Assembly (NCBI GenBank): GCA_016786525.1
Contig: JAEUVW010000352.1
Coordinates: 1 to 39,189 of the forward strand
Reading direction: 5' to 3'
Length of the DNA: 39,189 bases
DNA from: Chitinophagaceae bacterium
Lineage (GTDB): Bacteria; Bacteroidota; Bacteroidia; Chitinophagales; Chitinophagaceae
The translations under genes and the position numbers were made by a program. Below the pieces are notes generated by a model that was not told the origin of the DNA, made no database searches, and saw nothing but the letters and a program-made list of their open reading frames with translations. Below are positions 19,215-27,657 of the stretch, piece by piece (position 1 is the first letter of the stretch; every line of letters starts with the position of its first letter).

Positions 19215-21935
19215 ATGAAAACAAAATTACTCCTCTTATTAATGACCATGCACTTGTCCGGAACGGCAGCTGTTGTTACCGGCAGGATTTTTGACAACAA
19301 AGGTGTGCCCTTATCCGGTGTCTCCGTCTCATTGCTGTACCCGTCAGACTCTACGCTGGCTACATTTGCCATCACCAATAAGGAAGGTCTGTTTACCATC
19401 AGGGAAGCTAATGATGATGTGTATATCCTGCAGGCGGCATTGCCCGGCTACTATACGGAGTATGAAAAAATAACCTTAACCAAAGAGGTACCCTTGAAAA
19501 CCATCCCGGCCATAGCCTTGCATAAAAACGCTGCAGAGCAAAACCTGAAAGAAGTCATCATCTCCGGTGAACGCGTCCCTGTCAGTGTAAAGGGGGATAC
19601 GGTGGAGTACAATGCCGGTTCTTTCCGGGTAAAGCCTAATGCCCCTGTAGAAGACCTGTTGCGACAGTTGCCTGGCATGCAGGTAGACGAAAAAGGAAAC
19701 ATCAAGGCTATGGGAAAAGAGGTAAAGAAAGTGTTGGTCGACGGAAAAGAATTTTTCGGAACAGACCCGAAAATCGCAACGAAGAATCTTCCGGCAGATG
19801 CCATCGATAAGGTGCAAACCTTCGGCAAGCATAGTGATGAAAGCAGCTTCTCCGGTATTGATGACGGCACACGCGATCAGACCATCAATCTCAAACTGAA
19901 GGCCGGTAAACAAAAAGGGTATTTTGGCGAAGTGAAAGCAGGAGGTGCAAGCGGAGCGCGCGGAGAAGCTGCAGCAAAAGTATTCCAGTTCCGCCCTAAA
20001 AGGCAACTTGCTGCGCTGGGTACCCTCAACAACCTCAACCAGTTCGGCTTTTCTTTTGACGATTATATCAACTTTAATGGTGGTATCGGCAACCTGGTCA
20101 ATGGCGGAGGTATGAACAATCTCGACGAGCTGCCGGTGGACTTCGGCCAGCCGGTAACCGGCAACAACACATCCGGTGCCATTGGTCTCAACTACGGGCT
20201 GGAACTGCGCCCGCAAAGCCGCTTCAACATCAACTATATTGGGAACGGCCTCTCTAAAATGCAGAACAACCAGACCAGCCTGACCAGCTACCTGCCTTCA
20301 GGAGCGGATTATCATACGGAAGAACGGGAGGGCTTCCGAAAAGACAACCTGACCAACAATGTGTCTGCAAAATGGTACAACCAGGCAGATAGTGCGAACC
20401 AGTTGATACTTGCTATCAATGCACAACAGAAAAACAATACCGGTAACAACCAGGCGTCTAGTGCCGCACTCAGTGAAGCCGATACCGTAAACAGTATACA
20501 CGAAGACAACCAGGAATCCGGATCAGCAAACAAACTCAACATGACCGGCAGCTGGGTACATAAGCTGCAGCGTTCAGGCTGGAAACTGCTGCAAAGCAAT
20601 GCCGATCTGAATTATACCAAAGAGCTCAGCCGGTACAACTGGAAAAGCAATACGCAGTTTCCCGGCAGCAATACCGAATTCTTGAACCACCAGTTCCAGG
20701 ACAATGAAACGGGACGCGGGCAGGCAAATATAGCCGTGTCCGCAGTACGCGGGCTCTGGAAAAATATTTATCTCGAACCCAGGCTCAGTCTAGCACTGCA
20801 GCAGGAGTTCCTGATCCGCACACAGGGAACCCTGATCCCCGATCGCAGGACAATAGATTCTCTGAGTCCGCAGATAGACAATAAGGCCTGGAGCCTTTCT
20901 CCCGGCCTGAGCATTAAAAACGGCAGCCAGAAGCACCAATGGAATATCGGCTTGCAGGCTAAACGCATCTGGATGAATCCTGCAGTGGGAAATGGCACGC
21001 AAAGCAATGGTGTATTTTCTTATTTACTGCCTGCTGTATTCTGGAGAAAGGAATTGCGTTCGGGTGAATCACTGGAAGTGAACTACACGACACAGACACA
21101 GTTGCCGCAGGCCCGCCAGCTGCTGCCGGTACTGTACTATTCCTCACCGCTCTCAGGCATTCGTGGCGACCTGTCTTTACAGCCGGAATACCAGCACAAT
21201 ATAAACCTGGGTTACAGGCACCACAACCAGTTTGAAATGTCCTCTGTATTTGCGGATATCAACGCCCAGTATACACAAAACAAGATCGGTACAGCGCTGA
21301 CCATTTTGCCCAACCTGGGCCGGGAAGCACAATGGATCAATATTCCTTATGCTGCCAATCTTTACTTCAACGGTACTTACAGCAGGCCCATACGCAAGCT
21401 GGGTATGGATATCAATGCCGACCTCAACGAGTCGCTGCAGCTTTCCGAAAGCCCCGTGAATGATGTGGCCAACAAGACAACCTCCTTTACGCACCAGGCT
21501 GGCCTTACGCTCAGCAACCGGAAAAGGAAGGATAAATGGAATGCGCGCCTGGGCCTAACGGTGCAAATATCAGATGCCCGCTATAGTATCAGCAGGGAAT
21601 TGAACAATGTGTTCAGCAACTATTCCGGAACAGCTTACCTCAGTTACCAACCCAATAAAAAATGGTTTTTTTCGGTGGATGCCAGGCTAAAATATTACAC
21701 CGCCCGGAGCTTCGCGGAACCTATCAGTATACCTTTGATCAGCGCAGAGCTCACCAGGTATTTCCTGAAAAACCAGCGCGCTTCCGTAACGTTCAGGATC
21801 TTTGATCTGCTGGACAAGAACCAGTCTGTTATCCGCCAGGGCCAGGGCAACTTCCTGGTACAGCAACGTTCCGATGTGCTGCAACGCTATGGTATGCTGA
21901 GCCTTAGCTACAAACTGAACAAGGTGGGTAACTAA
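19215..21935 (+). CDS. Outer-membrane beta-barrel protein (TonB-dependent-receptor-like) with N-terminal carboxypeptidase-regulatory-like domain
   Basis: Signal peptide; TGRIFD...GVSV, KGDTVEYNA, EDLLRQLPG, VDGKEFFG.DP.IATKNLPAD plug-like region; C-terminal beta strands ...YGMLSLSYKL. Confidence 0.88.
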   Translation: MKTKLLLLLMTMHLSGTAAVVTGRIFDNKGVPLSGVSVSLLYPSDSTLATFAITNKEGLFTIREANDDVYILQAALPGYYTEYEKITLTKEVPLKTIPAIALHKNAAEQNLKEVIISGERVPVSVKGDTVEYNAGSFRVKPNAPVEDLLRQLPGMQVDEKGNIKAMGKEVKKVLVDGKEFFGTDPKIATKNLPADAIDKVQTFGKHSDESSFSGIDDGTRDQTINLKLKAGKQKGYFGEVKAGGASGARGEAAAKVFQFRPKRQLAALGTLNNLNQFGFSFDDYINFNGGIGNLVNGGGMNNLDELPVDFGQPVTGNNTSGAIGLNYGLELRPQSRFNINYIGNGLSKMQNNQTSLTSYLPSGADYHTEEREGFRKDNLTNNVSAKWYNQADSANQLILAINAQQKNNTGNNQASSAALSEADTVNSIHEDNQESGSANKLNMTGSWVHKLQRSGWKLLQSNADLNYTKELSRYNWKSNTQFPGSNTEFLNHQFQDNETGRGQANIAVSAVRGLWKNIYLEPRLSLALQQEFLIRTQGTLIPDRRTIDSLSPQIDNKAWSLSPGLSIKNGSQKHQWNIGLQAKRIWMNPAVGNGTQSNGVFSYLLPAVFWRKELRSGESLEVNYTTQTQLPQARQLLPVLYYSSPLSGIRGDLSLQPEYQHNINLGYRHHNQFEMSSVFADINAQYTQNKIGTALTILPNLGREAQWINIPYAANLYFNGTYSRPIRKLGMDINADLNESLQLSESPVNDVANKTTSFTHQAGLTLSNRKRKDKWNARLGLTVQISDARYSISRELNNVFSNYSGTAYLSYQPNKKWFFSVDARLKYYTARSFAEPISIPLISAELTRYFLKNQRASVTFRIFDLLDKNQSVIRQGQGNFLVQQRSDVLQRYGMLSLSYKLNKVGN

Positions 21936-21985
21936 AATGAACTGCCCGCAGATTTTTCAGCGCATCAGATACCTGCGGAATGACG

Positions 21986-22002
21986 GCCCGGGTATACTCT
22001 GT
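21986..22002 (+). repeat. 17-bp intergenic repeat, copy 2
   Basis: GCCCGGGTATACTCTGT, identical to 12165-12181. Confidence 0.7.
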
Positions 22003-22172
22003 AGCTTCAAGGTGTACATTGTAACGGGAAGCTTACTGCACCAGTGAGCAAGATCTATAGAACGGCCAGCGCGCCACACACACCGATGTCATGCCGTAGG
22101 CATCCGGCTCTGACCAGACATTTCTTCAGCGCGGCAGCGCTCTGTGGGGTGAGCGGTTGCTATAGTATTGCC

Positions 22173-23357
22173 TCAATAAAAATCAGACAGGTATGGGTAT
22201 TGCTTTTCGTACAGGGACTTTACTTTTTTCAGGATGGTATCCCGCAGCTCATCGATATTGCGGCGCTGTATCGCTGATACAAAAACGGCGTTATGATCTG
22301 TAGCATGCTGCCAGCGTTCATTCAGGTCCAGCAGCATCTCCTGTTTCACCGTAGCCGGCAGCCATTCATCAAAAGTTTTCTCTTCATACAGGTCCATCTT
22401 GTTGAAGATGGTCACAATGGGCTTATCGAAGGCTTTGATGTCCTGCAGGGTTTTGATCACTACACCCATCTGGTCTTCGTAGGCAGGATGCGAGATATCC
22501 ACCACATGCAGCAGGCAGTCTGCTTCGCGCACCTCATCCAGGGTGCTCTTAAAGCTTTCAACCAGGTGATGCGGCAGTTTGCGGATAAAACCCACGGTAT
22601 CGCTGAGCAGGAAAGGGGTCTGTTCGTACACCACCTTGCGCGTAGTCGTATCCAGTGTCGCAAACAGTTTATTTTCTGCAAACACTTCGGCTTTGCTGAT
22701 GATATTCATGAGCGTGCTCTTGCCCACGTTGGTATAACCCACCAGGGCCACACGGATGTAGGTGCCTCTTTCTTTACGCTGTGTAAATGATTGTTTATCG
22801 ATCTCGGCCAGGCGTTTTTTGAGCAGGGATATCTTGTCTTTTACGATCCTGCGGTCGGTTTCGATCTCGGTCTCACCCGGGCCACGGCTTCCGATACCGG
22901 CTCCCTGGCGCTCCAGGTGCTGCCACATCCCTTTTAGCCTGGGCAGTATATATTGATACTGCGCCAGCTCTACCTGCACTTTTGCCTGCGCCGTCTTGGC
23001 ACGCCGTGCAAAAATATCCAGGATCAGGTCGCTCCGGTCGATCACTTTAATGCCGATTGCCTTTTCGATATTGATGATCTGCGAGCCGGTCAGCTCATCG
23101 TCAAATATCGCCAGGTTAATGCCTTTGGCCTGTACATAGGTACGGATCTCTTCCAGCTTGCCCTTGCCCAGGAAAGTGCGGCTATCCGGCTTGGGTAATT
23201 TCTGTATAAAGTTCCGGTCTACCTGCGCACCGGCTGTCTCTGCGAGGAAGGCCAGCTCCAGCAGGTATTCATTCACCATGGGTTCGGTCTGGCGCTGGTG
23301 CACCAGGCCTACCAGTATCGCGCGTTCTTCTTCGTTTATTTTCTTCTGCTCGAGCAA
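22173..23357 (-). CDS. hflX: Ribosome-splitting GTPase HflX
   Basis: DRSDLILDIFARRA, GPGETEIETDRR, G1 GYTNVGKS, LFATLD, DTVGFI, NKMD. TTG start at 23357 assumed (23378 is an alternative). Confidence 0.95.
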   Translation of the reverse strand: MLEQKKINEEERAILVGLVHQRQTEPMVNEYLLELAFLAETAGAQVDRNFIQKLPKPDSRTFLGKGKLEEIRTYVQAKGINLAIFDDELTGSQIINIEKAIGIKVIDRSDLILDIFARRAKTAQAKVQVELAQYQYILPRLKGMWQHLERQGAGIGSRGPGETEIETDRRIVKDKISLLKKRLAEIDKQSFTQRKERGTYIRVALVGYTNVGKSTLMNIISKAEVFAENKLFATLDTTTRKVVYEQTPFLLSDTVGFIRKLPHHLVESFKSTLDEVREADCLLHVVDISHPAYEDQMGVVIKTLQDIKAFDKPIVTIFNKMDLYEEKTFDEWLPATVKQEMLLDLNERWQHATDHNAVFVSAIQRRNIDELRDTILKKVKSLYEKQYPYLSDFY

Positions 23358-23428
23358 TCTTAAAGATTTTGAATGCAAATATCGGTCATCTGTACAGATA
23401 AATGCAGTATGAACCTGAATTAAGCGAC

Positions 23429-25537
23429 TCAGCGCAGCAGGTTGATTTCTCCCTTCAGTAGTACCGGGGCCTCATTACCATCGTAGCCGCTGATCAGGTA
23501 GAAATAAGTTCCCAGCTCCTGGGGCTGCCCGTTGACCGTGCCATCCCAGGGGATCGTAATATCGGTGGTAGCAAACAGCTGCTGGCCCCAGCGGCTGTAT
23601 ACAGCAAATTCTTTCAGACGAAAATCACAGACCACATAAGGCCGGATCCTGTCGTTCCTGCCGTCACCATTGGGTGTAAAGCTGTTGGGTATCCGTACGA
23701 TAGCACTGTTATCATAAAAAACAGTGATGCTGTCCCATCCGTGGCAACCATATTCATTGACACCCGTAAGGGTAAATACCATAGTGGCAGGTGGAGAAAC
23801 TATGGTCGAGGCCGCCTGGGGATGCTCACAGTAAAGCTCCGGCGACCAGGTATAGGAAACAAGGCCGGAACCTTCCAGTAGCACCTGTTGTTCCCTGCAG
23901 CTTACGGTATTGCTTGTGGTATAGATACTGGTATGGGCAGCAGGATACTCCTTTATTTCCAGGGTATCGCCGGCACTGCAGCCCTCGGCATTCCAGCCGG
24001 TGACGACATATAGCCTGTTACCGTCAACGATCAGGATTGGGTTCGCAGGTTTTGTATCATCAAGCCCTTTAGCCGTTTGCCAGGAATACCGCACACCGCC
24101 ATTGGTACTGAGCCGTATGGTATCCCCTTTGCAGGCAATATACCGGTCGGCGGAAGCCTGTATATCAGGAACAGGAGCTGCTGCAAGCGTAAGGGTATCA
24201 AAACTGAAACAGCCGTGTGGGTCGGTTCCCCGGACAATGTAGCTGACCGGTTCACTGAAGTATAGGAAAGGGTCCGGCACATCCGGCTTGTTCAGGCCAC
24301 TGGCAGGCTGCCAGGAATACCGCGCAGCACCCAGGGCATGAAGCTGTATCCTGTCCCCCCGGCACGCAGCGTACTTTTCGGCCGAAGCCTTTATGTCCGG
24401 CGCAGGAGCGTCGCCAATCTTCACGGTGTCGTAAGCAATACAACCGTATCGATCCGTACCGCGGACAATGTAGCTAAGCGGCTTACGGTAGCGCAGTACA
24501 GGACGATCGGTATCTGCGCCGTCCAGTCCGGTATCTGGTGTCCAGGAGTACTGGTTGGCCCCGCTGGCAAACAATCGTAAGGATACATCGGGGCACAAGA
24601 GGGTATCCGGCCCAGCACTGATATGCGCTTGCCGCACTGCGATGTTTACTGTATCGGAGACAACACAGCCCCTTTTGTTGCGTCCCTGCACGATGTAGGT
24701 CTGGTTGCTGTCTGCAGTGAGCTCCGGGTTGGCCGTATATGGGTTACTAAGGCCGGTAGCAGGTGTCCACAAAAAGGTGTCTGCCCCGGAAGCATGCAGC
24801 ATCAGCTTGCTGTGGATGCAGACCGTAGTGTCCCTGGTAGCCTGCACAGACATGCTGTCAAAGTACAGCACAAGTTCCGGCCACAAGGCCGCATTGCTAT
24901 GGTCGCTTGAAGCCAGCAATACAGCCCGGTACAGGTTTTCATTCTGCAGCCTCAGGCGGAAACCGTTGTTAACACCGGAGGCCAGTATATCCTGCACCAA
25001 GAGGGTCACATCGAGACTGGTATTCCAACCCCAGCGCGCTGTCGTATAAGGGATAGCGACCCTATTGACGCCGGTGACGGAAGGCTGGGTATTCCAACGC
25101 AGCGTATGCTCATCCCAATCGCCGGTAACACGTTCTACCCATCCCGGATTGGCTTGTGGATACGGGCTGCCCGGAAAGTAATTGGTGCCCCAGCTTTCGC
25201 TGGAAGGAACGCCAAACAGGTTCAGTTCCGCCTTCACCAGGGTGGCGCACTTATCCGGTGGCAGTGTATCCATAGCGACAAAGCGAATCAGCGCCCTTTC
25301 GATTACATCGCCGCAACTTAAAGCAGCTAATGTCCAGGCCATATAATCCAGTTCCGGGTCATCGCCGAAGTTGCGGACCTCGTTTGGCTCGGTGGCACCG
25401 GCAGGAATGCATCCATATGAGATCGAAATTTTTGCATCTTCTCCCTTTACCGGTCCGGGTTTTAAGCGGATCAGCGTTTGTGCCACAGAGGTATAGCCCA
25501 CGAGCAGGCAGGAGATCATTGTAAAGATCTTTTTCAT
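23429..25537 (-). CDS. T9SS type-B cargo surface protein: DNRLRE-like N-domain, about 5 tandem Ig-like repeats, gliding-motility-associated CTD
   Basis: Signal peptide SVA-Q; RALIRF...AELNL...WDE.TL.WNTQP...NNGFRL...SSD...PEL; repeated (A)SGA..YSW.P..GL units; CTD IPNSFTPNGDGRND...WDGT...GTYFY...KGEINLLR. Confidence 0.88.
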   Translation of the reverse strand: MKKIFTMISCLLVGYTSVAQTLIRLKPGPVKGEDAKISISYGCIPAGATEPNEVRNFGDDPELDYMAWTLAALSCGDVIERALIRFVAMDTLPPDKCATLVKAELNLFGVPSSESWGTNYFPGSPYPQANPGWVERVTGDWDEHTLRWNTQPSVTGVNRVAIPYTTARWGWNTSLDVTLLVQDILASGVNNGFRLRLQNENLYRAVLLASSDHSNAALWPELVLYFDSMSVQATRDTTVCIHSKLMLHASGADTFLWTPATGLSNPYTANPELTADSNQTYIVQGRNKRGCVVSDTVNIAVRQAHISAGPDTLLCPDVSLRLFASGANQYSWTPDTGLDGADTDRPVLRYRKPLSYIVRGTDRYGCIAYDTVKIGDAPAPDIKASAEKYAACRGDRIQLHALGAARYSWQPASGLNKPDVPDPFLYFSEPVSYIVRGTDPHGCFSFDTLTLAAAPVPDIQASADRYIACKGDTIRLSTNGGVRYSWQTAKGLDDTKPANPILIVDGNRLYVVTGWNAEGCSAGDTLEIKEYPAAHTSIYTTSNTVSCREQQVLLEGSGLVSYTWSPELYCEHPQAASTIVSPPATMVFTLTGVNEYGCHGWDSITVFYDNSAIVRIPNSFTPNGDGRNDRIRPYVVCDFRLKEFAVYSRWGQQLFATTDITIPWDGTVNGQPQELGTYFYLISGYDGNEAPVLLKGEINLLR

Positions 25538-25625
25538 GAATGGGGTTTCATGAATAAAATTATACATTTTTTTAAAAAATAACGCGATGCGCTGTTGCAT
25601 GCTGAAGCTGTCATCCGCATTAACA

Positions 25626-26546
25626 TCAACTGCTCAGCTGCCGGATGTATTGCCGGATGGGATCATCCATTTTCCGGTCTACTCTTTTTACAGCGAAAAA
25701 ACGGATCTCGTCAAGGGGCACATTGTACTGTTCATAGAAGCGTAATCCGCTATAATTGCCGGAACGGATATTGTCTATATCGGCGGGGCTGATGTTCAGC
25801 TGATCCTGCCAGTTGATATAACAGTAATTGTACAACGCACGCTGATGTACCTTATCCTGGCTGAGCGTCGGGAAATAGAATTCCTCTTTGGCGTAAAAAA
25901 GACCTATAGCCAGACGCCGCTGTAAGGCTCTCATGTACTTGCCGTTCAACAAGGTCGACAGCCTGCGGGATGTGCCATGCGCATAGATCTTGTTTATCTC
26001 GTGGTAGCCATCGCGGAGAATGCGATCGACCACAACGTTCATGATTTCTTTTTTATAAAAACTGCCTTCTACCTGGGTGCCCAGTATTTTTTTCAAGCCG
26101 TATCGCCGCATCATTTTGCTCAGCCTGCTGTCTGCACGTGCCCTCTGCAGATGTATCCAGTCGGATGTATCATAGTCGGGGGCTAAATTGTACCCGGAGT
26201 CAAACTGCGTGATGTAGCGGTCCAGCCCGCTTTTGACAAACATATCGTTGCTGGCGTGCAGGCAGAAATAGGTAAACGGTATATTCTGCTCAAGGGCATA
26301 CTGGAAATTGACCACATGCATCTTCATCTGTGTACCGTCTGCGTATCCCGACCATAGGCGGGTGCGGTTGCAGTAAACATGATGATAAGGCGACAGGAGC
26401 TGCTTTGTCTGGTCTACTTCAGCTTCCGGCATCCAGGCTGAAAAGTGCAGCACGATGGCTGCCCCGGGATTGAACCTGAGGAAATTTGCTACCTGGTCGG
26501 CGATGACATAGGGCTGCTCATGTACAGAAATACTGAAAAGAATCAT
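25626..26546 (-). CDS. Uncharacterised cytoplasmic protein, putative glycosyltransferase (GT-A/Core-2-like)
   Basis: N-terminal beta strand ILFSISVHE, IVLH, HASNDMF, EGSFY, EEFYFPT pattern reminiscent of GT14-like enzymes. ATGA overlap with the upstream NTase. Confidence 0.5.
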   Translation of the reverse strand: MILFSISVHEQPYVIADQVANFLRFNPGAAIVLHFSAWMPEAEVDQTKQLLSPYHHVYCNRTRLWSGYADGTQMKMHVVNFQYALEQNIPFTYFCLHASNDMFVKSGLDRYITQFDSGYNLAPDYDTSDWIHLQRARADSRLSKMMRRYGLKKILGTQVEGSFYKKEIMNVVVDRILRDGYHEINKIYAHGTSRRLSTLLNGKYMRALQRRLAIGLFYAKEEFYFPTLSQDKVHQRALYNYCYINWQDQLNISPADIDNIRSGNYSGLRFYEQYNVPLDEIRFFAVKRVDRKMDDPIRQYIRQLSS

Positions 26547-27259
26547 TTTTTCAGGAAGTTGTCTAACTCTTCCGGTGTTCCCAAGATATTTACTTCTTCA
26601 CAAATATCCACGATATACTTTTTTCCTTTTTGGATCAGGTAGTTGTACATCGGTGCGATGTAGAACTCATTTTTTACCCGGATATCGTGGTCAAAATGAT
26701 ATTGCGCCGTTTCCAGAAAATCATCTACGGTATTGAAATGATACAGGCCGGTAAGTGCATTGTTTGAAATGGGTATCTTTTCGGTCGTTTCGATAACATA
26801 GCCGTCTTCGCCGGTCAGCGCAAAACTGAATTTATTTTCACGGGATTCAAATCCACCCAGTACGCCATCTTTTTCCTTAGCCACCAGCTTTCCGGCCAGG
26901 GTGCCGGAATAAAACTGGGTATCGATATTGTAAATAAGGAGATCCGTATTGGGGTCAAACAAATGACGGGCCAGCCAGACCGTTTCGGCCTGGCCTTTTG
27001 TTACAGCATCCAGGAAATGAAATACCAGCTCAAAGCTCCGGCCACCATATATCTGTGTGATCTTTTCTGAAAGAGAGAATTTTTCTTCGTGCTCTTTCAG
27101 CACAATACAGATCATCCGGGTACACAGGTTCAGGGGAAGAGAGTCGACACTCCATTCCAGTAAAGTCTTCCCTTTGGCAACAATCAGCATTTTGGGCACC
27201 TCGAATCCTGCATCTATAAAACGCTGGCCTCTACCGGCCATGGGCAGCACAAAATTCAT
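26543..27259 (-). CDS. Sugar nucleotidyltransferase-like protein (BcbE/G-like family, often labelled GT2)
   Basis: PMAGRGQRF...PKMLI, TKGQAET, YNIDT, EKIPIS, GLYHF, EFYIAPMYN, LGTPEEL. Confidence 0.85.
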   Translation of the reverse strand: MNFVLPMAGRGQRFIDAGFEVPKMLIVAKGKTLLEWSVDSLPLNLCTRMICIVLKEHEEKFSLSEKITQIYGGRSFELVFHFLDAVTKGQAETVWLARHLFDPNTDLLIYNIDTQFYSGTLAGKLVAKEKDGVLGGFESRENKFSFALTGEDGYVIETTEKIPISNNALTGLYHFNTVDDFLETAQYHFDHDIRVKNEFYIAPMYNYLIQKGKKYIVDICEEVNILGTPEELDNFLKK

Positions 27260-27648
27260 GACTCAGGATTATTAAGCTTCATGCTTTCGGTGGACCGGGG
27301 AAGGTTACTGCCGTCGCCGGCAACAACATCCCAGGCGGAAAACCGCAAAGCATTATCGTCAATGTATAGTTCAGCCCATGGTTTGCCAAAATAAATCTCA
27401 TCGTACTCAATGTTGTTGTCGGCAAGCCACTTGAGGGTTATGCTTCCGATACGCTGCACCACAAGACCTACATTGCCGTTACAGGTCTTCATATGGCGGG
27501 CCGTCTGGATGATGACATAATGACCATTGGCCCGAAGCTCCCGGATTTTTTCCGCGGCGCCAGGCAGGGGCTGTACATCCGCATAGGTTTCATCCGGTCG
27601 CTTTAGTGTACAGATAACACCATCCAGGTCAATACAAATTCTTTTCAT
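27256..27648 (-). CDS. Capsule-biosynthesis-type small HAD phosphatase (EcbF/BcbF-like)
   Basis: HAD motif I DLDGVI, motif II TAR, GKP, YIDD; 130 aa, capless. Confidence 0.85.
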   Translation of the reverse strand: MKRICIDLDGVICTLKRPDETYADVQPLPGAAEKIRELRANGHYVIIQTARHMKTCNGNVGLVVQRIGSITLKWLADNNIEYDEIYFGKPWAELYIDDNALRFSAWDVVAGDGSNLPRSTESMKLNNPES

Positions 27649-27657
27649 AAACAGGTA

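Noticed and set aside
23710-24850. Periodic sequence that might suggest an array
   Set aside because: Diverged protein-domain repeats within a CDS, not CRISPR or a DNA tandem array.
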